Shown here: positions 63,901-64,000 of the stretch, in pieces
Numbering within the stretch: position 1 is the first letter of the stretch
Layout: the number at the start of each line of letters is the position of its first letter
From: Ostrea edulis
Taxonomy: Eukaryota
Assembly: GCF_947568905.1 (NCBI RefSeq)
Contig: NC_079171.1
Span: 49,476,001 to 49,540,000, forward strand
Direction: 5' to 3'
Length of the DNA: 64,000 bases
Translations under genes and position numbers: made by a program
Notes under the pieces: generated by a model
Database searches by the model: none
What the model was told of the DNA's origin: nothing
What the model saw: only the letters and a program-made list of their open reading frames with translations

Positions 63901-63922
63901 ACGTGAGGCACATTTGCCTGTG
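60901..63922. mobile_element. Non-autonomous CACTA/EnSpm-like DNA transposon
   Basis: TIRs CACAGGCAAATGTGCCTCACGTGAA at both ends; subterminal TTCACGTGAA arrays; 2-bp TA target (left copy reads AA) inferred from the uninterrupted paralog at ~49055; no transposase. Confidence 0.75.
62046..62222 (+). mobile_element. PLE 3' fragment nested in the CACTA-like element
   Basis: cctgatcaggat...cgttatcttcacctt matches the PLE UTR. Confidence 0.9.
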
Positions 63923-64000
63923 TATTTCAAGTAATTCCGTTGAATTTGCAGTTAAGTATGGTTCCACGTAAAAATCAGGCAAAATCGCATTTTCGTGATA

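Overview
Eukaryotic, AT-rich, repeat-dense window. The repeat families look like an oyster-type bivalve (inference, not verified). It has no prokaryotic operons, CRISPR arrays, rRNA genes or intact tRNA genes. One real host gene is visible: a TRPM-family cation channel on the + strand, assembled by hand from 15 phase-compatible GT-AG exons (7269-35969, ~772 aa, 5' exons unresolved). The six-frame ORF track shows it only in fragments. Most of the rest is transposon-derived: a Gypsy LTR retrotransposon (40147-48149), a near-complete DIRS tyrosine-recombinase element with asymmetric ITRs and an ICR (55417-60549), a DD37E Tc1-like element in a (TA)n tract, a deleted mariner, a CACTA/EnSpm-like non-autonomous element with CACGTG arrays, more than 10 5'-truncated Penelope-like (PLE) 3' ends, tRNA-derived SINEs, LINE relics and Helentron-like satellite carriers. 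The most interesting RNA-level signals are (i) two loci of a ~350-nt repeat carrying minimal type I hammerhead ribozymes (retrozyme-like, predicted to make circular RNA) and (ii) a conserved, possibly pseudoknotted structure at the PLE 3' end. All coordinates were counted by hand.
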